Source: a virus. From it: a stretch of 64,000 bases of DNA. The notes beneath the pieces were generated by a model. The model was not told where the DNA came from, did not search any database, and was given only the letters and a program-made list of their open reading frames with translations. Positions within the stretch are counted from its first letter, which is position 1; the number at the start of each line of letters is the position of its first letter. This document shows, one piece after another, positions 25,694-34,449 of this stretch. The position numbers and the translations under genes are program-made. The DNA is taken from the IMG/VR virus record IMGVR_UViG_3300002301_000012, positions 30,041-94,040 of that record; one strand, written 5' to 3'.

Positions 25694-27823
25694 ATGGAAC
25701 TCCTGAAGTACTTTCCTCTGGTGAAGGTCGATGAGCGAGACCACACGGTTTCGGGAATTGCGACAGCGGAAATACCGGATGCTGACAACGAGATTGCGGA
25801 CTACGAGGGCTGCAAGGCTGCGTATACGCTTTGGGCAGGCGAAGCGAGCGCTTCGACAAAAGCTGCTGGACAAGATCCAAGCTATGGCAATATTCGGCTC
25901 CAGCATGGGATGGACATCGGCGGTAAAGTCGTACAATTTCCAACTTTCGACGATGCCAACAAGCGCATTTCGCTGGTGACTCGTCCCAAAAACGACGAGA
26001 TCTGGAAAGATCTTAAAGATGGAATGTATCGCGGATTTTCTCACGCGGGACAATATCAGTTCCGCAAATGCGCTGTTGACGGAACTGACATTGCGAGAGG
26101 CAATTTCTGTCCGACATGCGACAAAAACGTGACAGTGCGATATGCACCGATCCTTGCTGAAGTCAGCTACGTGGATTCACCGTGCCTAAAGAATGCAACG
26201 TTCACCGCAGTCAAGGCTGACGGAACCGCCGTCGAAAAGAAGTTTGAAGGCGTTGAAAGTCCGATTACTCAGGATACGGAAGCAACTCTCAAAGAGATTC
26301 TGGCGCGGCTGAACCAGTTGGCACCGCCGATCAACATCACGCCGACAGCAGAGAGTCAATCTGCGAAAGCAGCAGCAGTGAAGAAGGCGCAATCGTTTCT
26401 TGTGGTCGAGTCGGACGGAACGCACCACCTGCCGTATACCGACGAGGATGGAACGCTTAACCATCGGTTGATGGGTGCAGCATGGGCTTCTTTGCATGGC
26501 GGCTATCGCGGCAACAAGTACGAAGGGCCGGATAAAGACAAGGCCATCGCGCAGCTTACTTCGCTGTACGAAAAAGAAGGCATGGAGACGCCAGCGGCCA
26601 AGTTTACGCGCGTCTGCACCGAAGCAATCGACAAAGCAGCGGTCAAACTGAACCTGCAAAAGGGAATGTACGAGGTTACTCAGGTCGCTCAGGTACTTGA
26701 ACAACTGGCATGGATTCAGCAATCCGCACTGTGGGAACGCCAGATGGAAGACGACGACTCAACACTTCCCGAAGAGTTTCTCGCGGTTCTGGAACATGCA
26801 GCACAGGTTTTTTTACATCAGGTCGCCGAAGAAACCGGCGAACTGACGGCATCCGCGCAGGCGGCGATGGCAGCAGCAACGGCGGCAGATGCCGCAGAAA
26901 CGATCAAAACTTCCAAAGGAGTCACGACTATGGCAAAGGGCAGCACCAACTCATTCGTTAAAATCTTCGCGCCGATTCTCGGAGCGGAAAAGGCACATTC
27001 ACTGGCTCACCACATGAGCAAGATGGTCAAGTGCGTCAAAGAGCACAACGCCGATGGCTTCGGTTTGCACAAAGCTCACCATGCGTCAATGACGGACCAT
27101 CTTGACAAGGCGATTGCTGCGGCTCCAGTCGTTCAGACCGGTGTTGTCGACAAGTCCGCTGGCTTCATGGCACACATGAAGAAGGCGAAGGAATGCGCTG
27201 ACGGCCACTGCGAGTCTGGTGTGGAGATGCACCAGGACCATGCAGACGAAATGGCAGACCACTTCGGCAAGCTTGGCAAAATTCTCGGTGTCGAGGAAGC
27301 AGACAAGTGGGCGGATGAAGCAGCGGACACGCCGGAAGAAATCGGCGGCGAACCGCGCGGCGCTGCACCGGACACCTACACGAAGGGACGCAAGGCCAAC
27401 GCCGGCGGCGCACCTGCTCCTTCGAACGACGACGCGAACAAAGAATCATTCACGAAGGCAGATGTAGCCGAAATCGTGGCTGCAACCATCGGCGAATTCA
27501 TGAAGAATCTGAAGGACGGGCTGGGTGCCGAACCGGAACCTGCACCGCAGACAGCCCAGCGTTCTGCCGGTATCGGTGACCGCAACAATGTGCGGTGGCC
27601 TGTATCTGGTCCTGGCGGCAACGTCTCGAAGCGGCAAGACACTGCCGCCTCGACGCCTGCCACGCCTGCTGGCGCAGCACCCGCTGCAACGGAACCGACC
27701 GCAGAAGATTTCCAGAAGGCATTTCGCGGCGATCCGGAAGCGCTGAAAAAGATTGGTCTCGGCGGTCCCGGCGATACGCTGCCGCCCGAAGTCGCGTACA
27801 ACATGGCCATGGTCGGCAAGTAG
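25694..27823 (+). CDS. Prohead protease-scaffold fusion
   Basis: FPLVKVDERDHTVSGIAT..PD.D.E, NIRLQH, YRGFS and EVSYVDSP motifs; long Ala/His-rich tail; lies directly before the capsid gene. Confidence 0.85.
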   Translation: MELLKYFPLVKVDERDHTVSGIATAEIPDADNEIADYEGCKAAYTLWAGEASASTKAAGQDPSYGNIRLQHGMDIGGKVVQFPTFDDANKRISLVTRPKNDEIWKDLKDGMYRGFSHAGQYQFRKCAVDGTDIARGNFCPTCDKNVTVRYAPILAEVSYVDSPCLKNATFTAVKADGTAVEKKFEGVESPITQDTEATLKEILARLNQLAPPINITPTAESQSAKAAAVKKAQSFLVVESDGTHHLPYTDEDGTLNHRLMGAAWASLHGGYRGNKYEGPDKDKAIAQLTSLYEKEGMETPAAKFTRVCTEAIDKAAVKLNLQKGMYEVTQVAQVLEQLAWIQQSALWERQMEDDDSTLPEEFLAVLEHAAQVFLHQVAEETGELTASAQAAMAAATAADAAETIKTSKGVTTMAKGSTNSFVKIFAPILGAEKAHSLAHHMSKMVKCVKEHNADGFGLHKAHHASMTDHLDKAIAAAPVVQTGVVDKSAGFMAHMKKAKECADGHCESGVEMHQDHADEMADHFGKLGKILGVEEADKWADEAADTPEEIGGEPRGAAPDTYTKGRKANAGGAPAPSNDDANKESFTKADVAEIVAATIGEFMKNLKDGLGAEPEPAPQTAQRSAGIGDRNNVRWPVSGPGGNVSKRQDTAASTPATPAGAAPAATEPTAEDFQKAFRGDPEALKKIGLGGPGDTLPPEVAYNMAMVGK

Positions 27824-27887
27824 TAGCCGACCATTCACCGAACAGTAATAAACCGGAACGAAAAAACAAGGAGCAACGGAAAACATC

Positions 27888-29519
27888 ATGTCAAGCCAAG
27901 CACTCGCAAGTCTGGCACTTCTCGGTAAATCTCTCGGCCAGGAGATGATGGCCACACTTCGAAAGGACGTCACGACTTCGGGGCTTAGCTCGACATCGCA
28001 GTTGTCGTACTACTACCTGGAACAGACGGCCAAGAACATCTACCCGGTGTTCTATCCGATTCTGGCCAGCACGCCTCGTGTCTCGCCGGAATGGGGTGGC
28101 CAGCGCGTCGGTGGTACGTCGGTCAACTGGAAAGCAGTTGTTTCCATCGCCAATGGCGGTGCGCCGTGGACGTCGGAAGGCAACCGCAACGCCTACATGA
28201 ACTTCACCACACGGAACTACACGGCGCAGCATAAGTCGTGGGGTCCGGACGTGAAGGTTACGTTCTTCGCGCAGCAGGCTGGTCTCGGATTCGACTCGAA
28301 TCTGGCCATCGCTCAGATGGGCGCACTGAACCAACTGCTCAACGACGAAGAGCGCATGATTCTGTTCGGCAACAGCGGACCGGCCAGCGCAGGTGGTAAT
28401 GGTTTTGCGCTCGGACAGTGCGCAACGCCGACACTGACTGCGGCCACAACCGGTGGCGCTCTTGCAAGCGGACTGACTTGCACAGTGTTTTGCGTCGAAC
28501 TGACTGGCTGGGGCGTTCGCTATGCCGGCACGATTGCTTACGGGCTGGCTGGCGGTGGCCTTGGTAAGAGCGGCGTTCAGCTTCCGTTTACACGGACCAA
28601 TGCGGACGGTTCTACCGACATCATCAACGGTGGCACTGGCATCGTATCAGCGACGTCTGCCGAAGTAACGACTGGCGGCAGCGGTAAGGCTTCGCTGACT
28701 GCGACTGTCGTTGGTTCTGTCGCAGCAATGGGCTGGGCCTGGTATCTGGACACCACGGATGCCAGCGTTGGCAATCTGGCGAACGCTTATTTCGTCGGCA
28801 CGACAACCGTTCCGACCATCACAATCACTGCCGTGCCTTCGACGTCAACCAATCAGGTTGGTAGCGCAACCGGCGCGAATGGAACCAGCCTGTCCACAGA
28901 CAACTCGTGGAATACGCTGGACATCGACGGTATCACAACCTGGAACATCGGCACGCAGGGTTCTTCGCAGCCTGCGTATCTGGCGAACCTTCAGGGCGCC
29001 GGATGGACTTCGAACGGTGACGGAACCATTGCGGAAATCGAAACAGCGGCCAACTACCTCTGGCAGAATTACGAAATCTCCATCGACCAGATTTTCCTCG
29101 GTGGTGCTCTCATTCAGTCGTTCTCCCGCGCTATCTTCACCACAGGCAGCGGAACGGCCGGAGCACAGCGCATCATCATCGACCGCGATGCGGCTGGCGG
29201 CGTAACAGGTGGACAGATCGTTCGCGAATACGTCTGGAAGTACAGCAACACTGCACTCCAGAAAATCGTTCCGGTCCGCGCGCATCCGTGGCTTCCCGGT
29301 GGTGTCTGCATGTTGGACCTGACGACCAATCCGTACCCGGCTGCCGGTGGCGCAATTCCGGCTGTTCGTCGCATGGTCATGCTTGAAGACCACTTTGCGA
29401 TTCGCTTCCCGTACGTCAACTTGCAGCATCAGCTTGGCACGTACGCATTCGGCACGCTGGAGCATTATCTGCCTTTCGGAGGCGGATTTATCACTGGCGT
29501 TGCCAACAAGGTCAACTAG
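27888..29519 (+). CDS. Major capsid protein with inserted beta-rich domain
   Basis: Position, strong AAGGAG RBS, and LEQTAKNIYPV..P....PRV, EERMIL.GN and HPWLP.G motifs. Confidence 0.85.
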   Translation: MSSQALASLALLGKSLGQEMMATLRKDVTTSGLSSTSQLSYYYLEQTAKNIYPVFYPILASTPRVSPEWGGQRVGGTSVNWKAVVSIANGGAPWTSEGNRNAYMNFTTRNYTAQHKSWGPDVKVTFFAQQAGLGFDSNLAIAQMGALNQLLNDEERMILFGNSGPASAGGNGFALGQCATPTLTAATTGGALASGLTCTVFCVELTGWGVRYAGTIAYGLAGGGLGKSGVQLPFTRTNADGSTDIINGGTGIVSATSAEVTTGGSGKASLTATVVGSVAAMGWAWYLDTTDASVGNLANAYFVGTTTVPTITITAVPSTSTNQVGSATGANGTSLSTDNSWNTLDIDGITTWNIGTQGSSQPAYLANLQGAGWTSNGDGTIAEIETAANYLWQNYEISIDQIFLGGALIQSFSRAIFTTGSGTAGAQRIIIDRDAAGGVTGGQIVREYVWKYSNTALQKIVPVRAHPWLPGGVCMLDLTTNPYPAAGGAIPAVRRMVMLEDHFAIRFPYVNLQHQLGTYAFGTLEHYLPFGGGFITGVANKVN

Positions 29520-29554
29520 TTCGTTTTCAACGGATTAACAGGAGAAATAAGGAA

Positions 29555-30904
29555 ATGTCAGTCAATCCAACACTCGCAAGCGAACTGGCTCAGGTATCGT
29601 CGCCAGGAACGTCGTACACAGTCAGTCAGCAGGCGCTGCTGTCGACCATCGAAAACCACATCGCCAACGATATCGACCCGTTCGCTCTCGTTGCAAATCC
29701 GGCCAACTCGCAATCTGTTCTTGGCGCGCGTCTTCGCCTTAATGCGATGACCGCGCCGGTTGTAACGATCACTCCGGTCGGTGGCGCTGCCGGATCGCAA
29801 ACGTACGTTGTGGTCGCAAAAATCAATTTGGCGAATCTTCTGCCAAGTGCGTCGGCGTCGACATCGACCGGTCCAACTACGCTGTCTGCGACCACATACA
29901 ACACGCTTACATGGCCTGTAGTCAACGGTGCCACGCAGTACGATGTGTACCGTACCTCGGGTGGTGCAACTCAAGGTCTCATCGCAGCCAATCTGACGTT
30001 CGCTTCTGGCGTGTCGCCGTCGTACAACGACATCGGCACAGCAGGAGACACAACCTCTGCTCCGACAATGACTGCTTTGTTCGCGTCCGCGACATTCGCG
30101 GATCTGAACTCCATCGGCATCGCAACGCCAACTCTGGTGTCCTCTGCTGTGATTGGCACAGCCGGATCGACCACATGGACCTATGTCGTGGTTGCCGATT
30201 CTTACGTCGGTAGCGCGGCAGCTGGTTCAACCTCGGTGACAACCGGTATCGCGACAATGGTCGCGGGCACCAGTTACAACCAGATCAGCTGGAACTATGT
30301 TGCCGGAGCCTATCAGTATCGGATATTCCGCACTGTCGCAGGCACTTCGCCAAGCACCACAGGACTGATCGGAACTGTGGCGCAAATCGAACAGGCCACG
30401 TTCACATTCAACGACAACGCGCTGGCTGGCACTGCTTACACACCGCCAACCGGCAATACAACCGGTTCTCTGGCCACAGCCTCCAATCTTTATGCGGCTG
30501 GCATCAGCCTTGTCAACGGCACATCGGCGCAGACTGCGGCTGCCGGAACCACACTTACAACCGCAAACCTGTTGTGCAATACGATGCTTCGCTCTGGCGC
30601 CGCCGGCGTCAGTGACGCTACTCCGACCGCTGCCGCTATCGTGGCGGCGCTTGGCGGCGCGGGTGCTGCCAGCGGGACGGTAGGACCGGCTGTCAAGGTC
30701 GGCATGTCGTGGCGCTGGACGATTCGAAACGCCAACTCAGGCACTTTGACTATCACCGCTGGCAGCGGCGTGACTCTGGCTGCGGGAAACACGAACACAA
30801 CGCCAACCGTCAACGCTCACGAATTTCTGATTGTTGTCACCAACGTGACGGCAGGCAGCGAAGCGGTCACGATTTATTCGAACGGTCCGTCCGGAGCGTA
30901 CTAA
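29555..30904 (+). CDS. Head decoration/fibre protein with two FN3-like repeats
   Basis: Repeated TYVVVA...YN..(T/S)W..V.GA.QY..(Y/F)RT..G.I. Follows the capsid gene and precedes a terminator. Confidence 0.7.
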   Translation: MSVNPTLASELAQVSSPGTSYTVSQQALLSTIENHIANDIDPFALVANPANSQSVLGARLRLNAMTAPVVTITPVGGAAGSQTYVVVAKINLANLLPSASASTSTGPTTLSATTYNTLTWPVVNGATQYDVYRTSGGATQGLIAANLTFASGVSPSYNDIGTAGDTTSAPTMTALFASATFADLNSIGIATPTLVSSAVIGTAGSTTWTYVVVADSYVGSAAAGSTSVTTGIATMVAGTSYNQISWNYVAGAYQYRIFRTVAGTSPSTTGLIGTVAQIEQATFTFNDNALAGTAYTPPTGNTTGSLATASNLYAAGISLVNGTSAQTAAAGTTLTTANLLCNTMLRSGAAGVSDATPTAAAIVAALGGAGAASGTVGPAVKVGMSWRWTIRNANSGTLTITAGSGVTLAAGNTNTTPTVNAHEFLIVVTNVTAGSEAVTIYSNGPSGAY

Positions 30905-30945
30905 GCGCTTTTCGGATCGGACTCGCATTGGTGAAGTTTTCTCCC

Positions 30946-30988
30946 GACGCGCGGGTTTTGGGGTGACCCGGCCCGCGCGTTAGTTTTT
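30946..30988 (+). terminator. Intrinsic terminator after the capsid/decoration genes
   Basis: gacgcgcgggtt...ggcccgcgcgtt stem followed by agttttt. Confidence 0.65.
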
Positions 30989-31005
30989 GAAAGGAAAGGA
31001 AGTAC

Positions 31006-31902
31006 AAGGCCATCGGCATCTTCGACATCCCGGCTGCTGCTCCATCGACATACGATCTTACGGATGTCGCAAGCGTTACTGCGCTTGTAAATATCGGGAC
31101 ACCGACGCAATTCGCGATAACGGGCATAACGAACGCTGCAACCGCAGTTGTAACAAGCGCAGCAACAGTCCAAATCGGTCAGTATGTCGCCTTCCAGAAC
31201 GTCGCCGGCATGACACAGATCAACGGACTAACGGGATTGGTTCTTTCGCTGGGAACCGGTACGTTCACCGTTGCAATCAATACCACAGCGTTCGGAGCAT
31301 ATGTGTCTGGTGGTACGGTCTACGTTGCAAGCCAGGCACAGGCTATCGTGCAGGGTTTAATCACATCTGCGAGCCTGCGGTTCCTGAATGACACTGGACG
31401 CACACTCGGCGCGAATGGGACCGGACCATACGCAGGAATCGACTCGTACACGGACACATACGACGGCAACGATGGTATCAGGATGTTTCTTGTCAATGCG
31501 CCGATTGTGACCGTATCTTCGTTGGTGGTCGGCAACACAGCGATCAATCAAAGCCTGAACTTCAACAGCGGAGGTTTCGTGATCGATGGAACCAAAGCCA
31601 GCTTGTCTATCCGGAATGGCGGCGGGACGACTGTAACGCTCGGTGCGCCTGGTTTTTATGGCACCTTCGGACCATATCCGCAGAGCGTCTTTGTGAGCTA
31701 CACAGCCGGATACGCAATCACTCCGCAGGATATTTCCGACACGATCACGTACTTTGTCGCAGAAGTGTATCGCGGAAAGGATTGGCTCGGACAAGCCAGT
31801 CAGAATTTGGCAGAACTTGGAACGATCTCGTATCGAGCCTGGGATCAAAGTCCGCGAGTAAAGCACTGCGTCAGCAACTATAAGCGCTACGCCTTGGTGT
31901 GA
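31006..31902 (+). CDS. Head-tail adaptor with inserted FCCH-like domain; no canonical start codon at the apparent 5' end
   Basis: Frame open from 30991; DLTDVASV...LITSAS and VSYTAGY..TP.DI adaptor motifs. The first ATG (31210) falls mid-domain. Confidence 0.7.
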   Translation, partial: KAIGIFDIPAAAPSTYDLTDVASVTALVNIGTPTQFAITGITNAATAVVTSAATVQIGQYVAFQNVAGMTQINGLTGLVLSLGTGTFTVAINTTAFGAYVSGGTVYVASQAQAIVQGLITSASLRFLNDTGRTLGANGTGPYAGIDSYTDTYDGNDGIRMFLVNAPIVTVSSLVVGNTAINQSLNFNSGGFVIDGTKASLSIRNGGGTTVTLGAPGFYGTFGPYPQSVFVSYTAGYAITPQDISDTITYFVAEVYRGKDWLGQASQNLAELGTISYRAWDQSPRVKHCVSNYKRYALV

Positions 31903-31905
31903 ACT

Positions 31906-32382
31906 ATGCCGCTACCAGATTTTGAAATCACGACCGGACTCGATGCGCTTCAGGCGATGGCTGAACACAAGCTCGAAGTGTTTCAGCGTGCGGTTATCAC
32001 TCACATCGACGACAACAACGCTGTGCTTCAGCAGAGGCTTCAGGAAGCCTATTCTGGCGGCGTTGTCAAACAGCGTTCAGGCAAGGCTGCACGTTCTGTG
32101 GAATCGATTACGGCGCATGTCGAAGGATTTAGCGTCACAGGTGAGGTTCACGCAGGCGGTGGCACCGCGCCATACGTGAGATATCTCGAAGAAGGCACGT
32201 CAGCGCATGACATCGTAGCAAAAGGCAAAGCTCTTGCATTTATCATGGGCGGCCAGCAGGTGTTTTTCAAGCGTGTTCATCATCCAGGCACACCGGCGTA
32301 TCACATCGTTGAAAACACCTTCGATGCAATGAGAGATCAAATCATCGCAGATTTACAGTCGATTCCAGCGGAGGTTCTGTAA
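31906..32382 (+). CDS. HK97 gp10-like neck/tail-completion protein
   Basis: RSG...RS...APYVRYLEEGT..H.I...F.KRV.HPGT. Confidence 0.8.
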   Translation: MPLPDFEITTGLDALQAMAEHKLEVFQRAVITHIDDNNAVLQQRLQEAYSGGVVKQRSGKAARSVESITAHVEGFSVTGEVHAGGGTAPYVRYLEEGTSAHDIVAKGKALAFIMGGQQVFFKRVHHPGTPAYHIVENTFDAMRDQIIADLQSIPAEVL

Positions 32383-32383
32383 A

Positions 32384-32866
32384 ATGAACGTCTCGCGTGA
32401 GGCTGTATCTGTTGCGCTGTTTTCGCTGTTCACACCACTGCTGGCACCTGGCGGTCCGTTCGTGACTGTTTCTCGTCGGTATCCGACGAAGGCCACCATG
32501 GAAGACGCTCAGACGCAGCCAGCGCTGTATCTGGTGGAGGATGACGAAAACGATAACGAAGAGCAGATCTATTCGCAACAGAGATATTTGCTGCGGTTTA
32601 AGGTGGTCGTTCTCAGTCAGACACCTGACGACGGTATGACATCGGCCGGAACAATTCTCAATCCTCTGCTGGATGCTGTGGATAACGCGATGAAGCTAAC
32701 GCCGGCAGGAACGCCACTCAACGGCATGAAGCAAACGCTGTCAAACGTTGGCAGCCCTCCTTTGGTCGCGAATGCATGGATCAATGGCAGGGTGTTTAAG
32801 AATGCGGGCGTGCTCAGTGCGCAGAATTACGGAATTTTCAACGTCAGTGTAGTGACCGGACAGTAA
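32384..32866 (+). CDS. Tail terminator
   Basis: Position before the tube gene; QPALY...LNPLLDAV...QTL. Confidence 0.7.
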   Translation: MNVSREAVSVALFSLFTPLLAPGGPFVTVSRRYPTKATMEDAQTQPALYLVEDDENDNEEQIYSQQRYLLRFKVVVLSQTPDDGMTSAGTILNPLLDAVDNAMKLTPAGTPLNGMKQTLSNVGSPPLVANAWINGRVFKNAGVLSAQNYGIFNVSVVTGQ

Positions 32867-32898
32867 CGAAGTAAAACGGAAAAGGAGATCAAAATCGT

Positions 32899-33651
32899 AT
32901 GTATCAATTTGGTGATGGACTCATGTTCGTGGCTCCTGTGGGAGGCAACGAGGCGACCAATCCTTCGCCGTCGCAATTGCTGACGGTCCAGAGTTTCAAA
33001 TTCGACGTCAAGGTTACACTGGTGCCTCTGAAGGGGCAAAACCAGTTTCCCGATGACGTGGCACCGGGCGATAAAGAAGGGTCCGGATCTTTCGCCATCG
33101 GCAATAACCAAATCACGCAGGAGAACAATATTCTCTATGCCGATGCGCTGACAACAGGCATTAAACAAGTGACGCAGCAAACGGCGGCTATTCCAGGTTC
33201 ACCGTTTTCGATCACTGTGACCAACAGCGCCAACTTTTTCAAAGATCTTGGCGTGCGCAACTCCGCGACAGGCGCATTTTTCCAAGCCGTGGCCAGCGGA
33301 CCTACTGCTGGGCAGTATTCCGTCGCTGCTGGTGTGTATACATTTTCAACGGCAGACCATACTTCCGGTGTCAGTGTCATCATCAGCTATGCATGGACAG
33401 ATTCCAGCGTCGGAAACACGCTGACGGTAAACAATCAACTGATGGGCTACGGACCAATCGTGGAAATCTGGTTCTCGGAAACCTATCAGAGCGTTTCAGG
33501 CAATCCGAACGGACTTCATCTGTTCAATTGCCGCATCGGATCGGTGAAAAAGGATATTAAGCGAGACGGCTATCTGGTGCCTGAATACGACTTCATGGCA
33601 TATCCGAATTCGTCGAATCAGGTCTTCGAAGAGTTCCAGGTCGCCAACTAA
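32899..33651 (+). CDS. Tail tube protein with auxiliary beta domain
   Basis: MYQFG.G...L.GQNQFP..VA.G; AAGGAG RBS; followed by a terminator and the chaperone gene. Confidence 0.8.
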   Translation: MYQFGDGLMFVAPVGGNEATNPSPSQLLTVQSFKFDVKVTLVPLKGQNQFPDDVAPGDKEGSGSFAIGNNQITQENNILYADALTTGIKQVTQQTAAIPGSPFSITVTNSANFFKDLGVRNSATGAFFQAVASGPTAGQYSVAAGVYTFSTADHTSGVSVIISYAWTDSSVGNTLTVNNQLMGYGPIVEIWFSETYQSVSGNPNGLHLFNCRIGSVKKDIKRDGYLVPEYDFMAYPNSSNQVFEEFQVAN

Positions 33652-33681
33652 ACTCGGTGTGGCGTAACAGACTCGGATTAT

Positions 33682-33730
33682 CGCGCGGCGCACGCCTTTG
33701 TCACGAAGGACGTGCGCCGATTGCGTTTTT
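33682..33730 (+). terminator. Terminator hairpin after the tail tube
   Basis: cggcgcacg-cctt...aagg-a-cgtgcgccg followed by gcgttttt. Confidence 0.65.
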
Positions 33731-33757
33731 GGCTTATACTAATTGCAAAGAAAGATT

Positions 33758-34440
33758 ATGCAAATTACAAAAACAGTCGACCTTGGCAATGGCTGCCTGA
33801 TTACTTTGGCATCGCTCACCTACGATCAAGTAGAGAAGTCTCTGGAACGTCAGAACCCGACATCGTGGGGAGAGATGCGAGCCGTCGCCTGGGACGATAT
33901 CGTAATGGGATTTCGAAACGTCGACGGCCAGCAGGACAAAACGAAGGAGGACATCAAAGAACTCCTGAATGCGTACTTCCTGCCTTTGGTCGCCGTCCGA
34001 AAGGTTCAGGAACTTCACGCTGCTGTGATGGAACTCAGCGGATACGAGCCGGAGAAAAAAAAGCCGGGGGAAGAAAAGGCGGCAACGGCACCTCTTCCCG
34101 AATAGACTTCGGAAGACTCCGCTGCCGCATAGCGTCGTCTGGTATTTGTTCGATATTCGATGTTGGCCGGTTGCCGTGGGCTGTAGTGCTGAAGTTGCTG
34201 GAATATTGGGAGGACTTTCCTCCACTTCATGAGGTGCAGCGAATGTCTTTGATGGCGACGACAACATGGAAACCGGCCAGCGCGGATGCACTGCTCGATC
34301 CAGCGACACGCGCAGCCAATAATCGACTGGCCTCAATGACCACAGCCGGTCGCGGACCAACCAAAGCGTTTACGCAGCTTCCGCCATTGATGCAGAGCGC
34401 TTTGGTTGCGATGAAAAGTCACAGCAAACTGATCCAGTAA
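33758..34440 (+). CDS. Tail assembly chaperone (33758..34105) with -1 frameshift extension to 34440
   Basis: A AAA AAG (34057) and G GGG GAA (34066) in the zero frame. The -1 frame is open to 34440, just before the tape measure gene. Confidence 0.85.
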
Positions 34441-34449
34441 CCATACACT

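Noticed and set aside
30987-31391. 134-aa ORF from TTG as a separate gene
   Set aside because: It has an Arg/Cys-rich off-frame composition, and the overlapping frame encodes the adaptor.
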